Positions 50,118 to 63,623 of a stretch of DNA of 64,000 nucleotides are shown in pieces. The stretch spans positions 2,486,348 through 2,550,347 of the forward strand of contig NC_068986.1 of NCBI RefSeq assembly GCF_001194135.2. The letters are read 5' to 3'. Under the pieces are notes generated by a model that was not told the DNA's origin, searched no databases, and worked only from the letters and a program-made list of their open reading frames with translations. Numbering within the stretch: the first letter of the stretch is position 1; every line of letters begins with the position of its first letter. The position numbers were made by a program, and so were the translations under genes. The DNA comes from Octopus bimaculoides (Eukaryota).

Positions 50118-50510
50118 TCTTTTCTTTTTCTTTTTTTGTTTCAGTCATTAGACTGCAGCAATGATGGGGCACCACCTGGAAGTATTTTAGTCAAACGAAT
50201 CAACCCCAATACTTATTTTTGTTTTAAGCTAGTTATTTATTCTGTCGGTCTGTTTTTCCAAACTGCCAGGATATGGGGATGTAAACATACTAACACTTGT
50301 TATCCGGCAATGGTGGTGGACAAACACAGACACAAAGACACTAGCATGCACATATATACACACATATATACAGTCTACCAAATTTAGTCACAAGGCTTTG
50401 GTCAGCCTGAGCCTATAGTAGAAGGCACTTGCCCAAGATCCCACAAAGTGGGACTGAACCCAAAACCATGTGGTTTAGAAGCAAGCTTCTTACCACACGG
50501 CCACACCTGA
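50118..50510 (-). mobile_element. SINE family A (a second head-only copy follows at about 50530-50700)
   Basis: Reverse complement of family A. Confidence 0.75.
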
Positions 50511-50970
50511 ACCTATACACACACACACACACACACACGATGGGCTTTCACACAGTTTCCTTCTACCAATTCCCTCAAATTACCCCACAAACAAGGCATT
50601 AGTTGACTTGGAGCTATAGTGAAAGACACTTGCCCAAGGTGCTGTACAGTGGGACTGAAACCCCAAATCACACAGTTTCAAAGAAAGATTCTTAAACACA
50701 CATTTCTGTCTGCACTCAAAAGTTTTCTGTGCTACCAAAAACCAAATGAGACGATCTTGCTTTGAAAATCTCTTTGATTATAGATCGTCTGTTCACTCAA
50801 TGTTGACCTTGGGTTAAAACATCTGTAACAACGATTACTACCATAACATGCTTGTAATGGAAATAAGATGCTTCTGGAGAGAAGCTGTGGGTTTGTGTTA
50901 CATTTACAAATGCTAGTTATATTTAAGGATAATAGCTGGTTACCAAGAGGTGAATGCTGAAATGAATAAA

Positions 50971-51024
<54 letters not shown>

Positions 51025-51287
51025 CATATGTAAATGAATGCACACTCATATATGTATATATCTAGTTCTCTGAACACAAATGTGATTTCATGACATGTAT
51101 TGACATGTTAAGTATAACTAACACATAAATCAATATATACATTAAACAGTAGTACTCCCACAGCACCTGTAACACCTGCAACACACTCATGTGTGTGTGT
51201 GTGTTCGTGTGTGTGTGTGTGTGTGTATGAATGTGCATGCCTATGTACATGTGTGTATGTGCATACATATGTACATTTATATATATA

Positions 51288-52291
51288 TCATCATCATCAT
51301 CATCGTTTAACGTCCGCTTTCCTTGCTAGCATGGGTTGGACGATTTGACTGAGGACTGGTGCAACCGGATGGCTACACCAGGCTCCAATCTAATTTGGCA
51401 GAGTTTCTACAGCTGGATGCCCTTCCTAACGCCAACCACTCAGAGAGTGTAGTGAGTGCTTTTACGTGTCACCCGCACGAAAATGGCCACGCTCGAAATG
51501 GTGTCTTTTATGTGCCACCCGCACAAAAGCCAGTCCAGGGGCACTGGCAACGATCTCGCTCGAAAACCCTACAAGGCCAGTCAGGCNNNNNNNNNNNNNN
51601 NNNNNNNNNNNNNNNNNNNNNNNNNNNNNNNNNNNNNNNNNNNNNNNNNNNNNNNNNNNNNNNNNNNNNNNNNNNNNNNNNNNNNNNNNNNNNNNNNNNN
51701 NNNNNNNNNNNNNNNNNNNNNNNNNNNNNNNNNNNNNNNNNNNNNNNNNNNNNNNNNNNNNNNNNNNNNNNNNNNNNNNNNNNNNNNNNNNNNNNNNNNN
51801 NNNNNNNNNNNNNNNNNNNNNNNNNNNNNNNNNNNNNNNNNNNNNNNNNNNNNNNNNNNNNNNNNNNNNNNNNNNNNNNNNNNNNNNNNNNNNNNNNNNN
51901 NNCAGCGCAATCGTCTCTCTTGCACACCACTACTGACGCTTCTTATGTTCAGCTTTTCTCTCAAGATACTTACACTCTGACGGGTATGCACATTTACATT
52001 ACACATCCAGCAGAGCATACTGGCTTCATTCCTTGCGAGCTTACGCATGTCCTCAGCAGTCGCAGCCCATGTTTCACTGCCATGTAGCATGGCTGTTCGT
52101 ACACATGCGTCATACAGTCTGCCTTTTACCCTGAGTGAGAGTCCCTTTGTCGCCAGCAGAGGTAAGAGCTCTCTAAACTTGGCCCAGGCTATTCTTATTG
52201 TAGCAGTTACACTTTCAGCGCACCCACCCCCACTACTAACTTGGTCACCCAGATAGCGGAAGCTATCAACTACCTCTAGTTTTTCTCCCAT
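51288..52291 (-). mobile_element. 5'-truncated RTE LINE, about 1 kb, spanning a gap
   Basis: EKLEVVDSFRYLGDQV...RIAWAKFRELLPLL...KGRLYDACVRTAMLHGSETW...ERRLR; (GAT)n tail at 51288-51303; (TA)n on both flanks. Confidence 0.9.
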
Positions 52292-52399
52292 ATATATATA
52301 TATGTATAGAGAGAGAGAGAGAGAAAGACAGAGACAGACAGACAGAGGGAGAGAGTGAGGTGGGGTGGAGAGACAGATATATATAGATATAAATGTAGA

Positions 52400-53600
52400 T
52401 ATGCACAGACATGACAGAAGTAAATAGACGCCATTATAATCATTAAAATTTATTCAAATCTGAAATTCTAGATTCAAATTATTTATTAATTGTTATAATG
52501 TGAATATTTAATATTTTGTAGGCATGCCCTTTGCATCTTTCAATGCAAGGACCCTATTAGGCATGCTACTGATCAGATGACGAATATTCTCTTGCAGAAT
52601 TTCTTGCCAAGTTTCATGCAGTAATCTCAAAAGATCTGGCTCTTTGAAGATGCTTTCTTGTTCTTTTTATGAAGTTTTCTGTTCATTATGTCTCAGAGTT
52701 GTTCAACAGTGGTGACTGGCTTGACCATGGAAGCTTTCTAATGCCATTCTCATTCAACAAATCTTGGGTCATTTTAGCTGTGTGACAAGGAGCCCCATTT
52801 TCCGTAAATAAAGTGTCTTCTTTAATCAGTCTACCTCTGGAGAAGATTAGGAGTCCTTTCTGCAGTATGAAGTTTATGTTTCCCTCACACTTCACCAGCT
52901 CTAATCAACCATTGCTCTAAATTGCTCCCCAGACTATCACAGAAAAGCTGCCATATTTCATCGTTAGCTGCAATTTTTTCACATCAAATTCTTGGTCACA
53001 GAGTCTCCAGACGCACACTCGATCATTGTTAGGAAATACAGCAAATCTGGACTCATCAGAGAATATGAGAGTGTCCCAAAATGCTAGTGGCCTCTCCACC
53101 ATCTCACTGGCCCAATCTTTTCTCAACTTGGTATTGGCTGGTTGAAGAAGTGGCTCCCTTCTTGCTGCTCTGCCACAGTAACCAAGCTTGTGGAGATACC
53201 TGACAGCTGTTCTGGGACTGACATCAACTTGTTCTGCAATGTCAGAGGCCTTGCAACAAGTATTATCCTCCACACTTCTCTTAGCAAAGTGAAGGGTCCT
53301 GTTAGAGGGCCCTGGTTGATCTGGGCGAGGTCATGTGAACTCCTTCCCCTCTCTGGTGAATTGCACAATCACTATTAACTGTAGAAGGTGGGATTCCAAG
53401 GTTTTCTGTGATTTTACACTGACTCTGTCCACCTTCAGATTGACCCACAATACAGCCTCTTTGAAATTCAGGGAGTTCCAAGGGATATCCTGCTTAAGGG
53501 GGTATCTTATCTTTCATTCCTCTAAACACCTTGAAAATCTGGATAAGTTCTGTAGTAGATGTGAGGCAGACTTTATACTATGTCAGTGTTTAATTACATT
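52400..53600 (-). mobile_element. Near full-length but decayed Tc1-like element
   Basis: [14 protein letters not shown]...LGIPPSTV; LHKLGYCGRAARREPLL; LIFSDESRF; VIVWGAI; NGAPCHTAK; LISSMPNRVLALKDAKGMPTKY* (stop 52508-52510); several frameshifts. Confidence 0.88.
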
Positions 53601-53846
53601 ATTCAATGTGCCTTAGCCTGGCTGTGTGATTTCAGGGATATTTGGTTATCATTTCTAGCAAGTCAACTGGACATGTATAACAGTGTTTTTCCACAAATAC
53701 CTCCCTAAAACACTTGGATGCTTATTACCATCCCTCCCCCAAATTCTACCCTTATGGCAGAATTTGGGGAAGTAGAGAATAAAGGTAGTGGTTGTAATTG
53801 AATTTAAAATATAAAGAAGCTTTTTTTTGTAATTATAGAGGCATAA

Positions 53847-54092
53847 TCATCATTTAACGTCCTCTTTCCGTGCTAGCATAGGTTGGACGATTTGACTGAG
53901 GACTGGCAAGCCAGAAGGCTGCACCAGGCTCCAATCTGATCTGGCAGAGTTTCTACAGCTGGATGCCCTTCCTAACACCAACCACTCCAAGAGTGTAGTG
54001 GGTGCTTTTACGTGCCACCGGCACGAAGGCCAGTCACACGGTGCTGGCAACGGCCACGCTCAACATGGTGTTTTTTACGTGCCACCTGCATG
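53847..54092 (-). mobile_element. RTE LINE 3'-end fragment
   Basis: Same tail family as 6068-6307. Confidence 0.8.
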
Positions 54093-54175
54093 TTTTTATT
54101 AATATTAATAAAAAAGACTAATTATGATTGCTTACATTATTTAATATGATTAAAATAAGAATAACTAAAATAGCA

Positions 54176-54387
54176 TACGACAGGGTGCTAAAAAGTTCCT
54201 GGCTTTGAGTAAAAAAAATACAGGAGGATCAGTTAATTATGATTTGATTCTACATATCCCCTTCTCAGATTCATACACTTATTGCACCAATCCTTCAGTT
54301 ATCCTAAACCTTGTAAAAGAACCCGGAAGTTTGGACCTTCAGCCAGGCCTTTCACGATATCCTTAAATCCAAGAACTTTTCTCTCAT
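54176..54387 (-). mobile_element. Mariner-derived MITE, same family as 9031-9239
   Basis: ta-cgacagggtgctaaaaagttcctggcttt ... aaatccaagaacttttc. Confidence 0.75.
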
Positions 54388-56149
54388 ATGTTGCTTATTA
54401 ATATAATCCTTGTGGCTGATGACTAGAAACATGTTTTGCAATATTTGGTTCTAAATTTAACAAAAAGTTATAAATCCTCACATTGCACTACTTCTGTTTC
54501 TTCCCTATTCTTGGTCAAAATTTGATTTACTGTTCTAAAAGTTTTTTTCTTCCACCAGAGAGAGGATCGAAGAAGCAATAATAAATAGCCTGGCTTCACT
54601 CCACAAATGTAGGACACTCGAGACCACATTGCAATCATTATTATGCACAAGTTTTGATTATGTTATATATTAATGAATATTTCTTAGATATCTGAAATAT
54701 GTACCTCAGTAAGTGTTATTTCCCATTTGCATCTGTCTATAAATAAAAGGAAATGACTGCTATTCCTTTCAAACTTTGCTTTTGTGATCGGGACATGAAT
54801 ATTTTGAAACTGACCTATTTTCCATTACATTTCAAAGAGATTCAACACTGAGTTGCTGAAGCAGAAATATCATAACACTAAATATTCTGCTCAGTACCAC
54901 AGACTTGCTTGACCATACCCATTTGAGCATGTCCCTTAGTGGTTGACAATATGGGTATCTCTGATCATGTGCAGGAGCAGTGTGGGGAGCATCATAACCA
55001 TGTGTTGAGAGGGATTCTTTGGAGTTTGAATGAATGTAACAAAAGCAAAGTTTGAAGGAAATATTAGCCATTTTCATATTTTCTAGGGGCAAGCAAATAG
55101 GAAATAACAGTTGTTACCCAAGGACAAAAATCGTGTTACAATGAGAAACAGGACCTAAAATAGCTTACTAATTTGTTACTGGACTTGGTAACTCTGCCAA
55201 ATAACGTTAGTCAGATAAACAGATTTGCATATTTGCTAGATAAAAAAAAAACATTTTTATTATATAAAATGTGTGTCTGTATTAGTTTAACTAAGATGTT
55301 CAGTAACTCAGCTAAATCAAAAGCTTCATATGTTAATTGCAATTAAAAATAGATCAATATAATACTTTTATCCTTGAGCTTAATCCAACTGTTACTCTCT
55401 TTTTTACTTTGTCTATTTCCTGAAAAAGATAATCCTTGTTAATCCCCGCTGGAAATTATCCAGTCTGTTAACATTTTTTGTTTTTTTTTGTTCATTAGAA
55501 GCAAAGAAATGAAACAATAGAAAAAAAAAAAAGATAATTTTTAAGTTGACTGTTTTCTGCATGAAAACATTTGTGTTTCATAATATACAGAAGTGGTGTT
55601 GTTTAGCCCCGAGTCAGCTCTGATTCTGTAAAACCTTTGTTCAATATTGTTCAAAATATGATCGCCCTATCTTTTGTTATTACTTTTTTTCTTTTATTTA
55701 TTCCAGTCACTGGACTGCAGCCATGCTGGGGCACTGCTTCGGAAGGTTTAATCAAATAAATCAACCCCAGGACTTATTTTCGAATCTAGTACTTACTTAT
55801 TCTGCTGGTCTTTTTTGCAAAGCCACTATGACACAAGGACATAAACAAACTGTCTATTGTCAAGCAGTGGTGCAGAACAAACACATACACACATATCCAT
55901 ATATACAGACATCTACATAAACATATCCTTTTCAAGTGATGCCAAACATTTTACTTTTCCATTTTTATTTTAATCTACCTGCCTCTGACGGGCAGTTTCA
56001 TCATTACACTTTCAATTGTTCAAGCTGGAGTTTTAGTGATAAACTTAACTGAGCACTCTTAGTAACGTATCTATTACTTTATGTTAGTCGACAAAAACTC
56101 ATTACATATTCTGTACGCAGACATCTCAAATGTGAAAAGACATCCTGCA

Positions 56150-56545
56150 TTTCATTTGGGCGGTCAACGGTCATCCTGAACGAGGTTGGTCTTCAAACAA
56201 TAAGTGACCATTCCTAAAGCACAGAAACCACTCATAAACTTGTGTTTTGCTCATGGCAGCATCCTTGTAAGCTGTTTGAAGCATGACAACTGTTTCAGCT
56301 GCTGTTTTCCCCAGTAGAAAACAGAAATACACTGTTCCTTCATTTTAGCCTTTGCAAAAATCGACAAACAGGGAAGGATTGCAAAGCAAAGACACACCAT
56401 GTGACAGTACAACTACAGTCGATGCCACTAGTCGGCAGACTGATGCCTGAGGGTTGCATCAAATGGTTTCTAGCGATGGAAACCTGAACAACAACAGGTT
56501 TTCCCACAGAGAATGTTTCTGGTTACTTTTGGGTAGAGATATACA
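56150..56545 (-). mobile_element. Mariner 5' remnant (HTH N-terminus)
   Basis: CFLLGKTAAETVVMLQTAYKDAAMSKTQVYEWFLCFRNGHLLFEDQPRSG*P (about 56160-56343). Not in the ORF track. Confidence 0.8.
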
Positions 56546-56555
56546 TACACACATA

Positions 56556-56608
<53 letters not shown>

Positions 56609-56758
56609 TACAGGCTTGTTTCAGTTTCCATCAATAACATCTACTCACAAGGCTTTAGTTGGCCCAGGAGAGACACACCCAAAGTGCTACATGTTGGGAC
56701 TGAACCCAAGACCACATGGTTGGGTAGCAAGCTTCTTAACCACACTGCTATGCCTACA

Positions 56759-56980
56759 TCAACCCTTTAGCATTTAAACCAGCTATATCTAGCCAAAATA
56801 TTCTACCTGTTTTGTGTCCGAACAGGCTAGATGTGGTTTCTCACACCCCACCTACAATGTCACTCTAAAAGTTACATCATCAAAATTTCATAACTACTAT
56901 ATTTTTGCATGATTAATTCAAAACAATGTGTATAAACAAGCATTACTTTTGAAAGAGTAATGTGAATGCTAAATGGTTAA
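56759..56980. mobile_element. piggyBac-type MITE
   Basis: aaccctttagcatttaaaccagc ... gaatgctaaatgg-ttaa. Confidence 0.75.
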
Positions 56981-59003
56981 TTGAATAAACAATAAAGATC
57001 AATTACTTGAAAGTGACCTCAGATGGTCAAATGAATATGAAATTTGATTGCCAGAAGAAAACAATAGATTAAATCATTTCTTAAAGAACTTGAACTGTGA
57101 ATGTTCTAATGTCTCCAATAGTTACCAACTGAACCACTCCACTACTTAGTTTGCGTTTATTTAATAAACTACTGGACAACTTGAAATGTAAAGTTCATTA
57201 TGTTTTCCATATGTATTAGTTCTATAGATGTCGGATAATCATTTGTCATTGTTCTCTATCTCTATCACCTTTCCTCAGAAGTTTTAAGTACGACAGTCTA
57301 TATCTCAAGCACATTTAGCTGTTGACCACAAACTTCATTTCTTTTATATAATTTTCTTAATGTTATCAAGATAGATACAAATATTAGCTTATTTCAAGTA
57401 CTGTCCAGATGACTGCACTGGAAATTCTAGAATAGCATTTTAAACCAATGAAAATGTCAGTGAAATCTCATCACAATTTGTGCAGCTTAGAAGAATGGAT
57501 AGTCCACTTAAAATGGTTCCTGAAATGTCAAAGTGTTATCATTTAAACTATTACTGATGAAATTTTCCTTCAACAATCATATAGATGTCTTCTATTACCA
57601 AAAAATGGGTTTTTTTTTTCATTTGTATACATCTCATCAGTAAAATCTATAATCTAAAGAAGTAATATATTCACAGCAAGAGATACAACCATCACCCTTA
57701 TTGGTCATTAAGCAAATTCATATTTTCAACCATCTTCCTTCAGTCTATTCCTTGAAGTTATCTAACTACCTTCTTTTGTGAGAGGGGGATAGTCAATTAC
57801 ATCAAACCCAGAACTTAACAGGTACTTGCTTTACTGACCCCAAAAGGATGAAAGGCAAAGATGACTTTGCCAGTACTTGAACTCAGAACATAAAACCAGG
57901 GGTGTTACTAAACATTTCTTCTAGTATGCTAATGGTTCTGCCAACTTGCCACTTTCACATGTGTTCCAATAATATAAAAACAATGTATGGCAAGGTAAGG
58001 TTTTGATGTCATGTAACCTGTGACTTGGAGATACTTGTGCGTCTCCAAGTCACAGTTTATCTAACAATGTTGATACCAACAACAAATTATTGAAAGATGA
58101 CAATACAAACCAATTAAGTTACACAAGGTAAAACCTTACATATGTTGAATAAATTCAATGGAAAAAAAACCCCAAAAAAAACAAACATGCATGACATGAA
58201 GAAAGCAAAAAACAAAATATCATTTTATAAATGTCATTTTAAAATTTTTCTTTTTTTTGTATTCCTTTTTATTGTAGTTTTTTCTTTAAATTCAAACCAA
58301 GCTGCAACGAAGCCAAGAGAGGATAGAAAGAGGAAAGAGAAAATTTCAAAGATTGGCCTCTGGTTATTTCCATAACATTTTTCCAACTTACAGTTGAAAT
58401 TCCTTATTTTTTTAAATATTTTTATATTTAACATCTTTTTTTAAACAATAAAAAAGTGAAAGATTATAACTTTTTAAATGTAATTTTAGCCCATTTCCAG
58501 TAATGCTAATATTCAAATATATAAGAGTGTTTCAATACATGATGTTAACTTTTTCGGTTTTGTTTACACTCTGATAGATTTGTAATGATCAATAGCAGAA
58601 TTGAAAATTAGATAGAAATTAAAAAAAAAAAAAATTTAACAACCCATGATGTTTGAAAAAGAGTGACAGAGAGGGGGCAGGGACAAATAAAAACAATTTT
58701 GTTCCACATATACACATATAAATATATACATAAAATAAATGTATAAGGAGGTGGAGTGAAATCAGATTCCAAATATGACAAGAAAAAGCTCAAGATACTG
58801 AAGGGGAATCTTTTACTTTAATCATGCTTCTGGCCCCTTCTCTATACACACACACACAAATACATAAACCTATGTTTAGGTAGAGTAGAGACAGCTTTGC
58901 CTAATGATTAATTTTGTAAATATATTAACAAGCAGATGTTTAATAAACAGCAAGGCTGATTGTATACTTATTAAACATACACATGTAAATTTTATTTGCA
59001 AAC

Positions 59004-59050
<47 letters not shown>

Positions 59051-59519
59051 GACATCCAAAAAAAGCTGTTGCTTGTGTTGCCAATGTCTCAGTCAAATGC
59101 TTCATTTATTTCATGAAGGTGATAAATAGATTCATTAGCCTGATGTTTAGTAATCAGAGGGTTATGAGCCCATTGTTGTTTGTGGGGTCAAGGATGAGAA
59201 CTGAAATTGCAGCAACTGGGAATCACTAGCATTTGAACTTCACATATTTTACTCTACAATGCTCACAATTTAAACAATTAAACACACACACACACACAAA
59301 ATTTACAAAATAAGCTTAGAGTTTACTGTGCGCATGTGCATGTTTATGAATGAATGGATGGGAAGAAAATACATTGATATTTTTAAAAATTAATTCGCCA
59401 ACATTCACATAAAATTTAGCTGTGAGTACAATGAATGTTGCTTGTTACACATAGGTTCCCCAGATGAAGGTTTTTTTTTCCATATTAGATCCATACAACT
59501 GTGCAATAAACATTTGGAA

Positions 59520-59556
<37 letters not shown>

Positions 59557-61451
59557 CATACATTTGCACAGATTACAGTGGGAGTAGTTCCAGAGAACAT
59601 AAGCCACTAAAGTCATCAACAAGCTTGAATATAACTATTGATATCTTAATCCCAAAGAGTTTGTGGTTTAAGAGTTATGTTTTTAATCTTTATTTTCATC
59701 ACAACTCCATTTATCTCTCTAGATAGAAAGGTAATGTGCGTTTTCTCTCCAGCTGTTAAACAAACCTGCCTAGAAAACAAAAAAATATCACTGACTTGGG
59801 TTTCCTGTGAAAACCCAGCAAAGCAAGCATAGAAACAAATATTATCATAATTTCAGCAATTGCTCGATTTTATAAACTGCTTTTCTATATGCCAAGCATT
59901 ACACTGAAGTGATAATGGCAGTTACATACTTTAGCACAACACAATGAATAACAATATTGATCAAGGGAATAACAATGTTCTGTGTAGATTTGATGAACTC
60001 ATGATATGTGTATGTGTGTATATATGAGAGAGGAGAGATAGTGTAAAAGTTAGAGTAACTATTACACAGTAAATCTCTATGGAGGCAACCAGAATTGGGA
60101 ATATGGCTGGGATCAGTAAAACAAGCAACAACAGCTTCATGTCTTGGAGTGGAAATGGTAACAGAGAAGCAAAATTCTGGACATTGATATTTCAAATAAG
60201 ATTAAATAAGGTTTAACTTCACAAAACCTTTCTTTTTTAATCCTTTCGTAAAAAAGATGATGCGAATAAAATATTTATCAGTCATATGTAATAAAAAATT
60301 AAAAAAAAAAAAAAAAAATCATGTCTGGAAACAAGTTTTATTTATTTATTTATACTTCACCAGAGCGGATTCTGTAGGTATTTTTAAAAATGTTTACAGA
60401 AATAAAAACTCAGAAACAGATACAAGAGAGTGAGAGACAATGAAGATGATTCCATCTTGACAACCAATAATTCACAGTATCATCTCTGAGACATTGCCAC
60501 CTACACATTGCTCAAATATATCCACGTTGAAGGGAAGGAAATATTTAGATCTATTATGGCTACTCCAAGAAGGAGTATTATATGGTGAAGAGACTGAAAA
60601 GTATTCCAACGAAATACCTCAGTTGACTCATCTCTTTTTATTCATCTTCCATTTCCCATTTGGAAAGACAGTAGTTCAAATTGGAATTAATTTGGTTCAA
60701 ATATATATACATTTATGTCTGTGATTGTGTGTATATATATGGATAGATATGTGTGCGTATATATTATTACACTCCTACTACCCATTTCAATGATGTGATT
60801 GAACTTCTTTGATCACAGTTAGCAATATTGTTGACAAGTCACAAGCCACAATGGCTAAAAAAAAAAAAAAAAAAAAAAAAAAGAAACCAAAACCAATCAC
60901 AAGATCAATGAAATATTAATACAGTCCAAGATAAGCAAAAAGCAATAATAATAATAATAATAATGAAATAAAATATCAGCATTCACTTCACTGAATAACA
61001 TCACATTTCATTATATTTGTTTTCAAATTGATAAAAGGACCCTATTTTCAAAACCTCAACAGCCATTGTTTCACACAGTTTAAGTATGCAGACCTAAAAG
61101 CGTCTGTATGTGTGTATATGTGCATGCAGGTGTGTGTGTGTAATTTTTATGTCAACAAGATTAAATTTACTTGCACTGAGAGAAAGTTAAAAAAAAACAC
61201 AAAAATATTCCAATGATAGAAATCACATCAATATTATTAATAATGAGATTGCAATTGTCACGTGACCCAAGAGATTTGTTCACAAAGAAGAAAGAGACCA
61301 ATTCTTAAAGGAGAAAAAAACTGCTCCTTCAAGAAAAGATTTTAAAAGATTGATTTCCTATTTTTCTCATTTAATATGACAAGATACACTATTTTTGAAA
61401 CTTCATTATTTTCCTGCTATTGCTGATGTTAAAAAGAAGGGGGAAAATAGT

Positions 61452-61663
61452 TTAACCATTTACCATTCAGATTACTCTGTCAAATGTAATGCTTATTTAT
61501 TCACACGGTTTTGAATTACTCAAGCAATGTCTTGTAGATTTGAGATTTTGATGGTGTGACTGTTTATTTTTACAATGACATTGTAGAGAGGCCATATCTG
61601 GTCAGTTTGAACATAATAGAGAATATTTTGGATGGATATAGCCTGTTTAAATACTAAAGGTAA
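61452..61663. mobile_element. piggyBac-type MITE
   Basis: ttaaccatttaccattcagattactctgtc ... aatactaaaggtaa. Confidence 0.7.
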
Positions 61664-62630
61664 CGCATGTTATAATGATTAATGACATATTAAATAAAAT
61701 TAAAATTGTCTTTAAAAGACAACTCTAATTTTCACTAAACTTAATATACTAATTATTAGTATATAAAAGAATGCAACCAGAACTCAACTAATTTTCAAAT
61801 TTCAAACAAGTATTTTCAACAAGGACCAAGGGATATATTTATTTAAAAAACTAACCTCTCTGCTTGTGTTTATTATCATTGGTCTTGCAAAAGCTAGAAA
61901 CACATGTTCAGTAAGATGCCAATAAAATATTACAGAAAACACTTTCCATTATTGTTATAACTAACCCTTTACATGTACAAGCATTATCCCACTTTCTTCT
62001 GAAGTCTGGCCCTCAAAAAAGTGAGCTCCCCTCCCATTTTGTGTTCTCTTTTCAATTTTCCTGAATCATTTCCTTTCTCTTCTTTCCACACATTACACAT
62101 TAAATACATCACTTCAAAATATTTAAGTTCATCTATCTGATTATAAGCACACACACACACACACACACAAATTCCAAGAGTTAATATGATGCCAAGTGTC
62201 CCAATATCGATGATAAAGTTGGAATTGTAATATCCTCAGTAATTTTGAGTTCAAGGCAATGCAGAGCAATTTTTATCAACAAAGTCTGGAAAGAACTCCA
62301 TACCAATTCAAGTTATTAAATCATCAATATTTACAAGACAATCCAAGGGCAAAACAATATGAGAAAGTAATGACACATAAACATCCCATTTAAAGCTTGG
62401 CGACTTCAGACTAATGTTTTCTTTAATATTTTTAGTAGTCATCATCCACTAAAATTTTATGTTGTTCAAATTATTCCTTTGAGAAAAGTATGTACGCAGT
62501 AAATACATAGATTTAACTATTAATTACTTTATTATTTTAAGTAGATAACCTTATAAACACATATTTTCTTGTATGCACATTCATTACATTTGTGTTCTGG
62601 TTGCAAAACGTATGCATCTATGCATGCATG

Positions 62631-62770
62631 GAAGGGCATCCAGCTGTAGAAACTCTGCCAAATCAGATTGGAGCCTGGTGTAGCCATCTGGTTTCACCAG
62701 TCCTCAGTCAAATCGTCCAACCCATGCTAGCATGGAAAGCGGACGTTAAACGATGATGATGATGATGATG
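62631..62770 (+). mobile_element. RTE LINE 3'-end fragment with (GAT)n tail
   Basis: ...cccatgctagcatggaaagcggacgttaaacgatgatgatgatgatgatg. Confidence 0.85.
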
Positions 62771-62894
62771 AATTCTTGAGAACAGTGATTTTCACACAAA
62801 AATTATGAATAGAGCAAATGAACAGTTAAAAAAGGGAGGCATTCGGGGAGACATGATCACCTACATAAAGAAGAACCAAATGAAAGCAATATGA

Positions 62895-63264
62895 TCAGCA
62901 GATGGCAATGTCACTATGGTACCTAAATTAAAGATACATTAGGATTATATCAATGTGTGTTGACAAATTCAAGTTTAGTAAAAGAATTTAATGATGCCAA
63001 ATTTCTATCAAAAATAGGTCAAATGAATGAAACACTGTATTATATTCAATCGAAAGTATTATCCAAGAAAGTCTCTTCAAGAACACCCAGAGATATTTAA
63101 ACTCCTTGTAATCCTTGCTGATTCAATTTCTGGTTTGTCCAAAGAGGCCAACCAAAATATATCTTCAACCTGAATTTACCAAGGAGTATACTTGGAATAT
63201 AGACATAAAATGGCTAGACTATTTTTCTTATCACCACGAGGAGAGAAAAATATAACAGAATAGC
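62895..63264 (-). CDS. Candidate last two coding exons of an unidentified minus-strand gene (63264-63180 and 62922-62895)
   Basis: ttttcatgattcag|GC...TG|gtaaat spliced to tctttaatttag|G gives the phase-consistent peptide GYSVIFFSPRGDKKNSLAILCLYSKYTPWYHSDIAIC*. No homology recognised. Confidence 0.2.
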
Positions 63265-63623
63265 CTGAATCATGAAAAATTTAAGCAGAAATGGCATTAA
63301 CTTCTATTGATAGATATAGGTGAAATTTCCAAGGTATTCAATCTATCTAAGATATTGAATGATAAAAAAACATTCAAAATCATAACTTTTTGAATTCCAA
63401 GGAAAACCAATTCCAAGTCAGAAAGTGATTGTTGAGTGAAGATTATTGATATATTGGAAGACATTGAAAAGAATGGTTTTTGAAAAAAAAAAAAAAAAAA
63501 AGGGGACAAAAGGCTGTCTAATAAATTAAGGACATAGAATTAATGTTAACTGAAAATATTTCTAAAGACATCCACACTTCGATAGGTGCTTCACCTATGA
63601 CATAGTTTGAATAAAATATTTGA

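Noticed and set aside
54559-54670. Strong acceptor-like site followed by ERIEEAIINSLASLHKCR...; similar case at about 48633
   Set aside because: No convincing donor or partner exon and no homology; expected by chance in 64 kb.
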